Part shown: positions 1 to 14,603 of the stretch, piece after piece
Layout: each line of letters opens with the position of its first letter
How positions within the stretch are numbered: position 1 is the stretch's first letter
Assembly: GCA_030704615.1 (NCBI GenBank)
Contig: CM060731.1
Location: 35,650,001 to 35,714,000 of the forward strand
DNA length: 64,000 nt
Reading direction: 5' to 3'
Source of the DNA: Takakia lepidozioides
Lineage: Eukaryota; Plantae; Bryophyta
Program-made: the position numbers and the translations under genes
The notes under the pieces: model-generated
What the model was told of the DNA's origin: nothing
Seen by the model: only the letters and a program-made list of their open reading frames with translations
The model's database searches: none

Positions 1-900
1 TGGGCGGTGTCCCATTACACAGCCTCCATGGCGCGGTTACTGTGAAAGAGGTTATTTTCTCCTCTCACTAAGATCAAGGGGCCTGATTTGTAGGGGCCGT
101 GAAGGGAAACTCCCCCGAAAAACCCTAGCAAGCTAGCTAACACAAAGCAGAACAGAGAGAAGTGGTGAGGTGTATAGACAGTACTGAAGAGATTGCTAAT
201 TGGGGAGAGATTACTGCGAGCTTAGAGAGACTAACAAGAGAATACTGAAGAGATTAGTAATGCTTAGACAGCATTAACATGTGGTAGCCACTGTCGATTG
301 GAGGTAGTGGTATCCATTACGAGATTCGGGGGCCTGTTTGAGTTGCGGGGGAGCAGAAGAAGCTACAAGGGCGGAGGCAGAAGGGAGAACCACAGGCTGA
401 GGTGAAAGCAACAGCTCCGGGTATCAGAATTTCAGTTGAGTTCTAAACTTTGGATCTCGAGCTCTTTGTGACGCCAATTGAAGTCTGCCTCCTCCCCCTC
501 ACCAGGGGACTTCCCATTGAGGGGGGAATACAGGTATATAACACTGAAATTAGGAAAGGGCTTTGTAGCGGCTTCCATAGGTGTGCAGGGGATGGATAGT
601 GAAGGAAAGAACGAGATCGTAGCAGGGACAGTGACCAACGCGAGCCGTTGAAGATTGTGGAAATCATGTAATTTTGTGGTGGGTATCTCTAGTTGAGGAG
701 AAGATGTTATAGACGGGGTTGTGATGTTCTCTCGCCCCACATTTTTATTTGAGGATCTCAACTATTGTCTCCACCTCATTCTCTTCCTCAAACTTTGTCT
801 TGAGGACTAGTGTCGTTCCCTTGTGATTAAGATATCGTATACGGGTTTTGTTCTACAGAATTGCCCTCTGTTTACTGGTTCTGCCCTGGGCTCGTATACT

Positions 901-1818
901 ATGGCTCTGGCGGTGGCTGTCAGGCCGCATGCGGGCCCGTCTGTTAGTTATGGGTTTAATTCACACTGCCAGGGTTTTCTATCCGAGGGCGCCAGAAGAC
1001 CCTCTGGTGGTCCTGCATCGGCATGCGGATCTTGTAACCTCGCAGCACAAAACCCTAACCGATTTAGAAGGCATGCTTTGAGGATAAGGTGTGAAGCTGG
1101 ACGAGATTTCGATGACCCTGCTGGAAGAATTGCTGAAGAAGTTCGAAGGAGGGCAGGGGATGCTGCTCGTGCTTTTTCTTGTAAAGCTCAAGACGTTTTG
1201 AATGATGTAAAACGCAAGACTCTGGAGTTTCAAGAGAATAATGATCTGCAAGGAAAGGCACGGAGGGCAGCAAGGGTGGCGAACCAAAGGCTGGAGGAAT
1301 TTGCATATGACATGAAGAGGAAGATTGGGAAATTGGACCAGGAATTTAGCTTATCACAGAAGGCAAGGCAGGTGGCGGAATATGCAGCTGAACAGGTCCA
1401 AAATGTGGACCGTCAGCTAGGTGCCCGACAGAAGGCCCGCAATTTGTCAGCAGATTTGCGCTTGAAATGGCCCACTTATCGGAGGCGATTGAGTAATTTC
1501 TTGGAGACACCCCTTGGCAAGAGTGTTTTGACATTGTTCATGCTCTGGTGTTTGGTGTCTGGATGGGCATTTCGAATCTTCTTTTTGTCGCTCTGGTTTC
1601 TTCCTTTTGCAGCACCATTGCTCTTAGGCACACTTGCAAGGGCAGCTGTTGTTGAGGGGGCATGTCCAAATTGTGGGGCACGGTATATAGGCGCTCGCAA
1701 CCAAGTGGTCACATGCCAGCGTTGCCGGGGTGTTGTATGGCAACCACGGCAAGACTTCTCTAATAAGAAGGATGAAGGCGATCCCACAATTATCGATGTT
1801 GATATTGACAAGAGTTAG
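901..1818 (+). CDS. Probable plastid-targeted membrane protein with C-terminal CxxC...CxxC zinc ribbon (resembles Arabidopsis At2g44870-type proteins)
   Basis: Intronless ORF from ATG 901: transit-peptide-like N-terminus, helical middle, hydrophobic segment, then EGACPNCG...CQRCRGVVWQP and a terminal IIDVD motif. Confidence 0.8.
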   Translation: MALAVAVRPHAGPSVSYGFNSHCQGFLSEGARRPSGGPASACGSCNLAAQNPNRFRRHALRIRCEAGRDFDDPAGRIAEEVRRRAGDAARAFSCKAQDVLNDVKRKTLEFQENNDLQGKARRAARVANQRLEEFAYDMKRKIGKLDQEFSLSQKARQVAEYAAEQVQNVDRQLGARQKARNLSADLRLKWPTYRRRLSNFLETPLGKSVLTLFMLWCLVSGWAFRIFFLSLWFLPFAAPLLLGTLARAAVVEGACPNCGARYIGARNQVVTCQRCRGVVWQPRQDFSNKKDEGDPTIIDVDIDKS

Positions 1819-2724
1819 GCTCTCCTCGCCAACTAACACTGCGTCTGGGCATGTTACCAGCGATTATGTGCCAAACACATAGCAAGGCCCAATGCCTTGG
1901 GGCGGTGACTGAGTACTTTTCCGTCTCTGTCAAGGTTGTCCCCATCTTTGTATTTCCGAAGGCATGGAAGCTTGCAAGACATCCATCGTTTGTGGTTGGA
2001 TGCCAATAGGGAGGCACACATGGGTCATCTTCGGAGTAGGTGGACTGTCTTGGATTCGGTTCTACATCCAGTGGGCTTGACTTCGGATCCCACTCTACAG
2101 GTGCAAGATGGCAGCGCAACAGTAGTCTGTATGCTATTCTAGTAACCAAAGTGTTGATTTTTAGAGGTGGTGAGAATATCAGGCAATGTACTCCAGAGCC
2201 ATATGTTGAGAAGGCACGATTATGTGGATCTTCCAGCCTCAAAGTTGCACAGCTTCAGAAATCTGTACTTGTGATTGGTTTTTATAGTAGGTACCATCTG
2301 ATTTTATGAGCTGCTATTCTTGCTTCGCAAAGACAGGCAATCAGAGTTTCTCACAAAGAAGCATCCAAGCTTTTTCTCAAGGAAGCGTTTTACTCTTGTG
2401 AACTGACAGCTGCGAGGAGGGGCTGGCGATGGCATTGGTGTCAATGCAGCTGAAATTCAATACTTGTAGGCCTGCTCGTTGATCCAATCATCAATGCAGT
2501 GGTTTCGAATTATGACTGAGCAGAGGGAACAAACCAGGACATATTATGAAAACTTGTAGTAGGGTTCCTGGCACTGCACTCCAGCATGGTCTTTCGCAAC
2601 CCCAAGGCTGTCGCTGAAAACCTATCTGTCCTTGGTTTTGAAAGGTTGCAGTGGGTATAAAGCAAACTGTATGGCAAAAAACAACAAAACAAATACAAAA
2701 GACAATATATAAATACAATACATC

Positions 2725-2797
2725 GGCTGGTAGCTCAGCTGTTAAGTACGCAATGTGTCGCCTGGGCGGTTCGGGGTTCAAACCCGCTGCCCTTCCC
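2725..2797 (+). mobile_element. tRNA-derived SINE-like head or tRNA relic
   Basis: A-box-like TAGCTCAGCTG (2731) and B-box GGTTCAAACCC (2775) at tRNA-like spacing; no convincing acceptor stem. Confidence 0.3.
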
Positions 2798-2928
2798 CGT
2801 GTTTGGATTGGTTTGTACCTGCATGCATCCCTGTTTGGTGAAGAGGTGCGAGAGATGAAGAGGTGGGTGGATGGATGCAAGAGGTGTAACGGTGCAAGAG
2901 AGATGAAGAGGTGAGTTTGAAGGGTGCG

Positions 2929-3070
2929 TGGCAGTGCTTGCGGCTCTGCCATTGGAAGAGCTTGAAGGGTCGCGGCCGCTCTCCATTCCAAAAGGCTCTT
3001 GGCAGTGCTTGCGGCTCTGCCATTGGAAGAGCTTGAAGGGTCGCGGCCGCTCTCCATTCCAAAAGGCTCT
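2929..3070. repeat. Direct tandem duplication, 2 x 71 bp
   Basis: tggcagtgcttgcggctctgcc...ccaaaaggctct at 2929 and again at 3000. Confidence 0.9.
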
Positions 3071-4730
3071 TACTCCTTTGTGGGCCAACACTTTCTCACT
3101 TCGTAGGCATCTTCATGTAGCACAGAGGAGTACATTGGAGCTGGGTGCAGAGATTTCATGATAGCTGATCTGGGCTCAGCTAAGTATAATTGTCCAGAAT
3201 TTTTGTCTTATGTTTGATTGTGACTGCGTCTGAAACTCTCTAAGCTTTCTAGTTGTTTGTGGTCAGCCTGTGTGATTCGTAGAAGTTGGCATACATAAAT
3301 AGGAGTGATCCGAAGCATTCAGTGCTCTCCTGGTCGTCGAACGAAAATGAAACAAGTCTTTGCAATCATTTGACTAACTTAGAAATCCAGAACGAAGGTG
3401 AGAATCTGCAGGTACCGGGAGTGATCTCTTCATGGATGTTGATAACTAATCAATGAACAGTTCTAGCATATCTAACACTTTTTAACCACTTCAAAAATTT
3501 GATGTGACCAGTAGTTTAGAAAACCCCACAAGCAATCCTGCAAGTTGATCCTAGTTGCAGGTTCGCTATGACTGTCACTGGGAAAAACCCTGTTGCAAAC
3601 AGGTCTAAACTGGAGAATCTCGCGAAGGAATACCAGAACCTTGTCGCACCCAACTTTAAAACCTTTCATAAGTGATACTCCAGTGATAAAAACCCTGTTG
3701 CAAACAGGTCTGAACAGGAGGAGTGCACGCCAAAGTGAAAAATCGATCTGCAGGCCCTCATGCCTTGCTCTCCAGTTTCCACCCACCTTCTGTCCACTGC
3801 AGTTTCTTCTTATGCAGCTCCCGAACCTGATCCGATATTCCCCCACCCATAGCCACGCCTCTTATTCTGATCACGATAACTCATCATGAGACAGCTAAGA
3901 TCTCGTATATTAGGCCACTAGCGCAATTACCGATGATTTAGTACTTAGGAATCTAGAAGTAGTCTCGAAGCTGTAGTGAGGAAAAACTCTTGATCCAGTC
4001 TGCCAGAACTCATAAATCTGCACGCGCTCAGAGGATATATGGGCTTCGGGGATGACTCCATGTAAAGATCTGAAACAGCTGTCAAGCAGCTGAAATCTTT
4101 CCGATACACACGACCTGAGACAGATCGAAATCTGGAATATCGACATTGTTCAAAACATGTCCTAACGAATCACCTAGAAAAAAAACCAAGAAAACGAGCA
4201 AGGAGTTTTCTAACTCCCATATACAAAATATTAGTTTAGACTAAAAGGGTGAAGACATTAAACAGCTTACATTGGAGCAAGACACAGAATTCTGGCAAGC
4301 CGACCAGCACAAATCTACGCTGAAATCAGTGGCAATATTCAGATTCCGTCCCGCTGAAAACACTTGCTCAACAAACTTTTGTAGAGTTCAAACCGACGGT
4401 GTAGAGCTTATCTTGGGCTCACATATAACCTGTCCCCTGCCTGTGCTTTTGTAACCAGATTTTTTCCATCGTAATCCGCACAGCTTGAAACACGCTTTTA
4501 CGGTTGACTAACACGGAATCATTGCCCAACGTCACAGTCGTTCAGCAGTTGTGCGTGCCTAAAGGCTCTCGACCTGAAGTCATAGCTCTGTTTGAACACA
4601 ATGCAAATTCGAGATTGAGGTGCAACTCTTGAATGCTACATGTGGAGCAGTTCACATCCAGAGCATGTTTAAGGAAATTAACTCCATAGAACGAAATCCT
4701 GAAACAAATTAAACTAGCTGGTGGACACAA

Positions 4731-7700
4731 ATGGTAGACCAGCCTGGCACAAGCAACAAAAATGGCTCAGACTCAACTGCAAGCCTCAAGCGAGGTAACA
4801 ATTCACTTAACTACGGGGCCCCGGATCCCAATGTCTGGGGAAGAACTAGCCCCCTTTACACTCCCAGGGTCAAAGCAGAGATTTTATTTCGGCTACCGAT
4901 AAGAGACCTGATTCAAAGCATGACCTGGTGTGGGCGAGACATCAAGCGTATGCTTAAAGGGATGTGTGCTAGTAACTTTTGGCATAACAACGATCGCAGA
5001 TACGACTGCTACTTCCCAAACATCTATAAAAACAATTCTGACGGGTAAGTTGATCTGACTTGTTTTAATGCATTGGCCTACCGCAGGCATCACAAGATAC
5101 AGCGTTAAATTGAGTCTCAAGTGCAATCTCTTCAGCTTGACCAGTGCCACTTAGGTCACCTTGATCAATGCAATCTTGACTCAACAGTCAGTCACTTATG
5201 GCAGACTGGCTAATTCAGCCCCTCAAACTTCACAACTAGATGCCTAATTACCATATACCCGCATAACATCAGACCTCCGAGTTGATTCAAGGTATGCAGA
5301 TTCATCAAGAAGGTATGGATCAAAAGTCTACAACCTTACGTAAGCATGCCATCACTGGTATTGAACTAATCGTAACACGTGTTCAAGACTCAATAATTTA
5401 TCATGAATTATGAGCATATGCCTGGAAAGGAACTGCGTTCAGTAATTCTAACATCACCCAAATGACCTACTGCAAGTTACACTTAAATAACCTTAAAAGG
5501 TTGGAACTAATAACATGATCTTAAGGTGTCTAACTGCATCGGCAATGAATCACCCTCTGTATGGTGCTTGCTTAATCATAAGTTTGAGGTTAAGAATGGT
5601 TCTTACTAATCAGTTGAGGTAGTACAACAAATCAGGTATGGGAAAGGTATGAGCAGGTGCTCTTCAAAATTTTAAAGTTCTCAGTAGACAGTAATTACGT
5701 ACGTAAAAGTTTGAGCAGCGAGATCTAAACACTCGCTGAAACTGAAATTTGTTGGTAAAGATTGTTCATGTCACTTTGCCCACGTACTGGAAAATGGTTG
5801 AAAATGCCCCCTTTGGGATTTCTTCCGAGGAATGTGGAAAAACTACTTGCAGGCGCTGGCGGCCTGCTGCTAATGCAAGGTATGTCATACACGAACTGTC
5901 TAAATTAATGATGATGATATGCGGAATGCAATCTCAGCCTTGAAATTCATCGTAAGACTAATTTGACCAGTTCGTGCAGTTCTGCAAGAAGTTGATATAC
6001 TCATCAGTCCTTGACTCAAAGCTCATGAGCGTGCTTGAATTGGGTTGTGCAGCTGGGATAGAGGGGTGGAGACCCCAACTTGCAGGCCCATCTAGTCCGC
6101 GCAGTGGGCCGAGCACAGCGAGCTCCATGTGTAGTATATGGAAGCCTCTTGACAACCTGATAGTTGTGAACCCTCTTCATAACCCCCTTCACACAGTTTT
6201 GCCACCCATGCCGGAGCTTTTAGACTGGAAGGTAAGCTTCTTGAGAATCTGAATGAAAACTTTAAAATTTATAGAAAGTGTTCCATAAATTAGAACCCGC
6301 GAGTTATGTGCCCATGAGATAGAGGTCGGTCCCAGGTTTGATTGATGTGCTGTACCTTTAGAGGAATTGATAGATGAACTGAAGATGGTGATCGCAAGGT
6401 TCCCAAAGATTCTAGGGCTCCCGGAGTAGTGTCACGTAAGTACAACATTAATTAGTTGAGTATATGTCACTGTACAACTAGAGCTACGTATATTGTGCAT
6501 GTGTCGAAAGATGGAGGAGAGTCACAGATTCTCCTAAGCTTCTCTAATTCTCTCTAAATCATTTGCTCAAGATGGTTTTTTGGTTCAGGTTGCACACATT
6601 GAGGTGAAGACAGTGGCGTCGGCGGGGTATGTGGTTCACGTAGTGGGATGGGATAAGAAGAGGGATCACATTGTGGTAGCCACGTTCGATAGAAATAGTA
6701 CATCCCCTTATTTTTGGACGAAATGGTGCAGCCAATATGTGGGTCTTCGACCTGACACCCAAGACAACACGAGCCTTGTTTTGTGCAATAACAAGTATCT
6801 CTCTCTCTCTCTCTCTCTATGAGCTTTCCGCGGACGTTATAAAGCACCATTTCATTTCTCATGCGGACAACTTCATTTCATATCTCATGTACACCTCATG
6901 TGCACAATACTGATCTAATAACATCGGATGCACGCCACCATTCTCTGGCTCTGCCATGTCGTCAATATGAGACTTGAGTGCTCAAGCATCTTTCTCTTGA
7001 GCACACAAAAGCTCCTTCTTTCCTTTCTCCGTGGCCGTCTAGGATGGTAAATTATATAGATCTAGAGTTTCTTTTCTTCTCTGAATCCAGACTCTCTTTT
7101 TCACTGAGAGTAAGCTAGAATTTGCACGAGATACATGTGGACATATCACAAAGAGGATAGCGTGACAGCCAACAGAATACTAACTTATCAAGTTTTCTTT
7201 ATGGATCCAGGCTGTTTTTGGGAGGCGAGTGCAACGTTGTTGACCGTGCAGATGCTCGGACAATGTGGGTACCGGCCACACTCGTATATGATCACATGAC
7301 AAACGTGTGGTATACAGTCGACTGGGACTACCACCGCTATGAGCCGCCCAGACTGATGGGTAGCAATGAAAATGTGTATGTGGCCACCAGGACGAAGATG
7401 AGTCACGGTTCGCCGAAAATCATACAAAAAATCATCATCTACCGCCTTGATATTGACAGCCTTCAATCTAACAGGAATAAGAGGCCGGACGTAGTTGAGG
7501 TCGCACAAATGCCCAGCAAATTCTACCGTGATCTCTTTAAAACCAGGGAGCTTGCATCGTCTTGGCAATCTGAGACAGCACCAGCCCAAGATGTTCGATG
7601 CCAATGGCAGTGCCGGGCAGGCATGGGGCTCATCTGTTTCCATGCCCACAAATGGCATCCTCGGTTGGTGCAGTACAACATCAACACCAAACAATGGGGA

Positions 7701-7787
7701 ATGACTGCCACCATGCCACATTTTGGAGAGGACACCACATTGGCCAACTGCGTTTGGAGTCCCAACTTCGCCGCTCTATCCATTTGA
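4731..7787 (+). CDS. Multi-exon F-box protein with beta-propeller-like C-terminus
   Basis: Exon ~4731-5044 has F-box-like EILFRLPIRDLIQSMTWC ending at g|gtaag. Exon ~5980-6231 has LIVVNPL..VLPPMP|gtaag. Further exons ~6589-6745 and ~7211-7787 have VYD..TNVW and YNINTKQW kelch-like motifs. Exon boundaries are approximate. Confidence 0.6.
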
Positions 7788-9125
7788 TTAGCCTGAAAAT
7801 ATCCAACACTCAGTATACCTATAACAATACTGTTCCAACACATCTAATGCAAACTTTCTCCGCGATCCAATTGACTTAAATTACAAGAGTAAAATGAGCA
7901 GTCTGATTGTACATGGAACAGATTGTTCTGTTTGTGGAATTGTTGATTGTATTCGCAAAACATGTGCAGTGTTCAGATTGTGGTTAACTAAGCAGAAGTC
8001 TTTCAAGTAAGTAACACCCAACCACCACGTTAGTGCGTGGTGCGTGAACTGCTGTTGTCTCGATGGGGCCATATGAATATACCTAGAGAGAAGAAGACAG
8101 GCAGGCCGGGAGTAAGTGAGAGCCGCTTTGTCTTTTCTTTTCGTCCCTGTGGGGGTGGGCCCTATACAGGTATGCATGAAAATAGTACATGGTGGATTCA
8201 TTGGTGTTTCAGTTTGCGTTTATTGAGCCCAACGTCCTCACAGGCCAGGAAGGTGAAGTGTCTCTTAGTTACGGTGGCTTTTTGGCTCAAGTCTTTTTGT
8301 CCTTCTCTCACTTTAGTTTCGGATAAAGTGACTCATCATGACTCGCGTAAAGGGACTCATATTCGTGAGTCACGACTGAAATTTTATATGAAAACAAAAA
8401 AAAGATTGATGGGTCAATAATGTGCCATTCCCTAAAAGGTTCAGCAGGGCACCAGTCTACTTGCCCAAGTTACAGACATTAGGTGTATGGTGTCATTTGG
8501 AAGGCAATAGCCCTTGGAGGCGAAGTGACACAAGTGACGCCGGAGTCATCCTCTTTCTTTTTCCCTGACTCTCTCACTAAGCCTCACTCATGCCTCTCAA
8601 TTCTCATCAGCATGACATCATCTTAGGGGTCGAGAGAGAGAGAGAGAATGTACTGATGCCGTTCCCTGCGAACATTGGCTTCACAGAGCCTTACAGCCAT
8701 TGACCCCGTGGGAAACTAACCCTCCCCAAGCCTTTTGTGGAGACAAAATTGAGAGATGCCAGGATCCATCGGAACTGCTGGCTGCTGCTGAACTTAATAT
8801 CATTTTCCCCACACATCAATCGCCAAAATGGAGAATGGATATCTAACAGCCTAGTGGACAAGTGAGTATATTGAATAATAAATGCTTCTGGCCCAGGACA
8901 TGCAAGGAGATCACTTACCACAGGAGATAACATGGAAAGATCAGACCCCAGACAATCACATAATACTTAAAACCAACCTACTCCAATTCGCCCTAGACCC
9001 GAAACCTTTACCACACCCAGTTTCCATACCCACTACCTTCAGGGAATCGTAATCACTACAGTCATGACAGCTTGCATGCTTATTTGACAATGGTCGCTTC
9101 AAAGAAGCTAGACTTCAAAAGATCA

Positions 9126-12100
9126 TTATAAACCTAGTTCACGCTGCCTTGGGACATCTTCGGTCACTTCATTGGCCCTTCGATCTGCTTGTATGTTTCT
9201 ATAAGAGCTACTAGAGCCCTCTTGAACAGGAGCAGAAATTGGGCATGCAACTTGGGAGCTATGTGAAGAAGAAGAACTTGGCTCAGGTGGCTGGGTTGAA
9301 CCAACATCACCTAAAGTGGTGGAGCCATCCTCTTCCATGCAAATGGGAGTCTTCCCCTTCAAGTCCAGATTGTTAGATACAGGGACAGAAGGCCGTTCAT
9401 TGATGACCTCATGCCCCGACATCCCACCATGCTCGTCGGAGGTGGGGCCTTCTGCAGGTATGCAGCTCAATTGGTGCTGCAATTGCATCGCTGACTGCAA
9501 CTGCTTCTGCAAGCCCTGCCAACCCAAAAAACAAACCCTTGAGTGGACTAAACCCATCCAGATGATTGAAACTGTCTATTGCCTCAACCATCAGTTCAGA
9601 CAACTTGGTTGCAAGAATATTTGTACCAAACACCACTCATCCTCATTCCCTTCATGTGCCGTTTAACTCACAAACAAACAGTGGGCATTTGGAGTATCTA
9701 GTACACTGGGCTATTGCACTGCCCAACTCATCAGCCCTGTCCCAGGAGTATGTGGGAGAGCCATTTCCCCACTAAAAACTTGCTCATTCAACAAAACAAA
9801 CCAGAAGGAAACGTAGTACCTCTATATACTGCCGTAACTGAGCTTGCTGCAACTCCAGTAACGAGGGGGTCGTGCTCACACTGGGCATCGAATTGTTCTC
9901 GCCATCAGACTGAGTGCTAGTTCCTGTACTCTGTGTCTCCTTAGTGGGCCGTGAGGGGTAAAATCCAGTCATAGGAACATACCCATAGACAGGAAATTGG
10001 GGATATTGCTGGGCCCCAAATGCTACTTGAGCATGCTGGGCAAACTGTACTGATGTCTCAGGCGATGGTGAGGGAGAGGCCTGGGAGCCCTCCATACCAT
10101 TGCTCAGGCCAGTGGTTGCTTGACTAACATGCTCTGATGAAGGAGACACAACAGCATTGCCATTTGCAGTATTCGGAGCGGCCCCAACAATTGCTGCAAG
10201 GTACCCCTGAGGGACCATGGGCACATACGCAGGATACCTATCAGGAACACAATACAGCCGCAGCAGACTGTCAGGACAGCCAACCCTATATCAATTGTGA
10301 GAACAACTGTTGGACTCTTCTTTGGTAAAGAACGCAAGACACATTATTCACCAAAGCACTACAATAGGAGTCAAGCAGAGTATCAACAGCAGGAAAAACA
10401 ATTGGCCTTCCAAATTTGTTTTGAGGAGCGTGTACTGATTTGGGACTAAGGTGCTTGGCTTCTTCCCAAAGTAGGATCACACGAAGCAAACACAAAAAGT
10501 AACGTACCAGTTAGTGGGACCAGGCCTTGCAGTGACATATACATATGATGTTCCATATTGGGTTCCCGGATTTGTTGCAGCTTGCATCAGTGCACGGTGT
10601 TGCACATATGCCATACTTCCAGTGCCAGGGAACTGGACAGGAACTTGTCTGTTGAAAAGATGACCCTCGGGTAAAACCCCACCTTGACCTGCAGGCCCAT
10701 AAACTCATATATATGCAACTTGATAGGGCAGCAGCAGGTAGATTTGGGCACAGACATCCCCAAGATAGAAATATTTCACATCCAAAACGTCCTACAGCTA
10801 AAGGCCGGTTGCAGAAGTCCTTCCAGACTGCTACGCTGTTGTTTACAACTTCAAATAGAAATGCATTCAGCTGGCCCACCTCCCTTTAAGTCCAGTTGGA
10901 AGTATTTGACTTCAGACAGCACTGACCACTACCATATTGTCCCTAGTTTCAATAAGCTATATTCACAAGAGAGAACCTGATGGCTCGGATGAAGGGATGA
11001 AGGGCACACCTTCTACAGCAGGCTGATCTTGCTGGGGGGCATGTAGGTGAGGTGCAGCAGGATCTGCCCCATTTGAAGCTGGAGTAGTTTCTGGGGCCAG
11101 TACAGGTGCCCGACAGGTGGGGCATGTTTGCTGCCGCTCCAGCCAGGAGCGTAGACAATGGACATGAAAGAAATGACCACAGGGCAGCTTTTTCGCTGCT
11201 GACATCTCCTCTCGACATATGATGCATGTTGCATCACCCCTGCCACCACACATAACACATTAATGTCCCTCTCCTCAATTGCTGCCTAACATGCAAAGTC
11301 TAAACATACATCAACAACATGTTTGACAAACAGTCAAGACACACATATGTAAATGCCTCACATGGTCTCTTTCTCAACAAACCGTAAGGGATTGCTTTAT
11401 CAATGGGGATGGATATTATGGATGAGCCAAAGGGTGAGGAGACATCGTGGTTTGTCAGAAGCTCAAATCACCTGCAGTGTGTTAATATTGTTAGGGTAGA
11501 AATCCAGACGATCTCCCATTCTGACAGAGCTGTCTATTTTCCAGATTCGTCATGACAAGAATAATAACTAATTATAAACCCTAATTTCGGGCACTTACCG
11601 TCCAAGATCTTCGGGAGTGGCGTCAGGAAAGCGATCATTCATATTTGAGGTGATCTTCCTATACCGAATGAAGTCAGCCACTCGTGCTTTAAAGTTGCGG
11701 AATGTCTCATACAGCTCTCGTACAAGGTGAAGAGGCAGGCCATAATGTCTGCACTCGCAGTGTAACATTGTTCAGAGAAAGCATCTTGCAAAGAAAAACA
11801 TCAATACAGCTGCTGCTGCAACAGAACTGATTTGCGTCGAAGGCCTGCCCACACATCTGAAAACCAGAACCAACTTGCAGGCACCACAAAATAGACAAAA
11901 GGGTCAGATTACCCTAAGACTGACACCAAAGTCTAAGCAATGCAAATACAGTACTTACATGAAGATGACAAGAAAAAAGAACAAGTATAGAGACAAATGA
12001 AGCAAGTCTCGCACAAGCTCCAGATAAAAAATATATACAGCCTTGTTGTCCCACTGCCCCTCCATCACCATGTCTCCAACATACAACAGATATTTCAGAA

Positions 12101-12868
12101 ATGTTGCAATTGTAGATGTCGCCAGAATAACATACCTGCAGGGGAGTTGCACATAGTAAGGAAAGACACAATCAGTGCATTAATCTCATCCAAAGCAAAT
12201 CAGTCCACACTACCCGATGGGTGATGGAGGCATTGAGGCATGAAGCCCTTTCCACTTGTATTTACTTCTACAGGGCGTACAAGAGCTGCATATCATGGAA
12301 AGATGGAGGTACTGTTAGACACACAGACAGCTTACTCGAATGCAAAGAACAGAGACACCGATGCTTGTTTCGTCCTCAGAAGGTGGGCGACAGAAAAGTG
12401 AAGGAACAATGTGTCAAGGGCCAGTAACAAGAGCATGAATGAGATGATGCGAAAGTGTGACAGGCGAGAGACGGACGGTGTCGTTTCTATGTACTCCACC
12501 CTCTTCTGAGCCAGCCAATGGAATGCTTTTATAAACAAGAGAACGGTAACCATGGCAACGAATGTAACATTGAACTCTTCCCGAAATATGGTCATTGCGA
12601 ATAGGATCTCCATTACTTCACGCCAGGATTGCTCATTTAAACGCTCCACCTCAGCTTCTCTTAGGGATCCCAAAAAGATCCCCTTGATGAGTTGCCAAAC
12701 CAAACACAATATGACAAGGGCCATATTGAGAAGCAAGACGAGACTGATCTTGGATGTGGCCAAATACAGCATGGCTGGATAGAACTGCTCTCGACTCTTG
12801 AATGCATGGTACACTATTGCTGCTGCCCCTACAGCACTTACTGCTGCATACCTCCCCAGCTTCACCAT
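9126..12868 (-). CDS. HRD1: ERAD-associated E3 ubiquitin ligase HRD1
   Basis: N-terminal TM region (FYPAMLYL, LREAEVERLNEQSW, FHWLAQKRVEYIETTP), MNDRFPDATPE exon, RING-H2 CIICREEM...CGHFFHVHCLRSWLERQQTCPTCR, about 7 GT-AG exons, last exon ~9515-9126. Confidence 0.95.
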
Positions 12869-14069
12869 GGCTAACAACTTTTCGCACCACCACGTATAGT
12901 AACTCGTAGTAATTCCGCTAGGTGCTCATGTGCCAAAAATCCGAAAACCAGAGGAACACAAGCCGAGTACCATATACTGTGCAATTCCTCAAACCCTCTG
13001 TACAGCGATAAACCACTGCACCTGCGTCACACCAAGCGGACGAGGCAATTTATTCAACCAACGCCTAAAGTTTGCTCGTCGATACACAACCAAACCCTCG
13101 CTCCACGTACGATCGAATTGTTGAGAACGATGCTTGATGAATCTTCGTCACCAACGTCCAGCCAGAGATGGAATCCTCGCTAATTAAGTTCACCAAACCC
13201 TACGAAAACTGCATACAAAATTCCCCTGTCACTGCAGATCTGCAAGCCTCTGTCTAAACTTTTTATACTCTCTCATGACACGACCTGCCCTGACCACCAA
13301 AACACTTGTTCCTGCTCTTGACCCTCATCTACTCCAACAACGGGACCTTGATGCAACCAGCAACCTTGCCACGCGATCTCTACACTTTATCCGCTCAGAA
13401 TCCCAGCCTAATCTGCGCATTAAACTGCCTCTGCGGGATACCTTTGCATTAAAGCACATCACAGTCCGCCATCCCTCCTCCGCCACACCGATTCTCCACC
13501 ATGCCAACAACCCATACTCATTCTCATTCTACTAGACGACGACATGCTCCATCATCATCCACGTCACTATTCATCCTTTCATTCTTCCATCCCGTCAGCT
13601 TTCCACGGCGGGATGACTATCCCGATGGCACTTCCCGGGCCGGCAATAACTTGTGCCAGCCATCTCTGTCCCATGTGTCATTCCCTTGACACGTGGCATC
13701 AACATTTGGCTGACGTGTTAACCAATGTCCAGGGCCGCGACTCGGGATTACTCGATTATTCGTTATTTAATTACTTATTTCGAGTTATTAAAAAAAAACA
13801 AAAAACAGGGAACCTTTTGCACGCGCGCTGCGGGTAACACAGCCGAAAGGGCCACATCATCCGACCAAACGAGTCTCGCCACGTGCACATAATGCCAGAT
13901 GTTGAAGGATGAATGGGCCCCAGTGTATCTATGTCGACTGATTACTAGTTTTATTTCTTTATTCTTTTTATTCTTTTTAATCTAGGTCAACTGTTATGTC
14001 ACTAGTAAGAAAGTTTTCCAGCAGTCTCTGTTTGTGGAGTCCCTGATTACATATCCTTTGTTACAAGCA

Positions 14070-14245
14070 CAAATTTGCTCTGAACTTATCTCTACTTAGC
14101 CTTTGATGCAGATGTGGACTCAGGTGAGTCCTCCTGAACTGGGCGTGAGGCTGGATTTCAATCAAGCTAAGAGGCCTCAACAGCAAGGGGAAAGGGCAAC
14201 TGGCTAGTCCAAGTAAAAGCATGGACATTTAAGGTACTCCTTGAC
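14070..14245 (+). repeat. Dispersed repeat; inverted diverged copy at ~20395-20570
   Basis: gaggcctcaacagcaaggggaaagggcaactggctagtccaagtaaaagca occurs here and as the reverse complement at ~20433-20483, with flanking similarity. Confidence 0.8.
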
Positions 14246-14603
14246 AAGATTTCAGAGAATGCGAAAAATTGTGACTTCGAGGTTGTGGAAGATATGAAGG
14301 TTTAGGGCTTGCTTCTATAGGTTTATCAATACATTGCTTGCCTTCTGGCCACAGGCCGAGTGATGTGCCAGAAGAAGTGGGGAAAAGGAAAGAGGGACGA
14401 AAGGAGGGGAGAATGCAGTGCCACTGCTACCATGGCTACAGGGGCCTAGTAATTCTGGCCTCCCAGATCAGATGGTCTGAAGGTCTTTATCATAGCAATA
14501 ATGTGAGGGGAGTATCCAAGACAGGAGCAACATCTCACCGAAAATATGTCCAATTTCATTTCACTGCTCAGTTGAGAAATGCAAATTAGGTCGCACCCAA
14601 GAC

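Noticed and set aside
1-770. Possible LINE endonuclease relic (YLYSP...DFN on the minus strand)
   Set aside because: Only two short motifs; not enough to call.
13730-14045. hAT-like element with CAGGG...CCCTG ends
   Set aside because: Weak TIR match and no 8-bp TSD.
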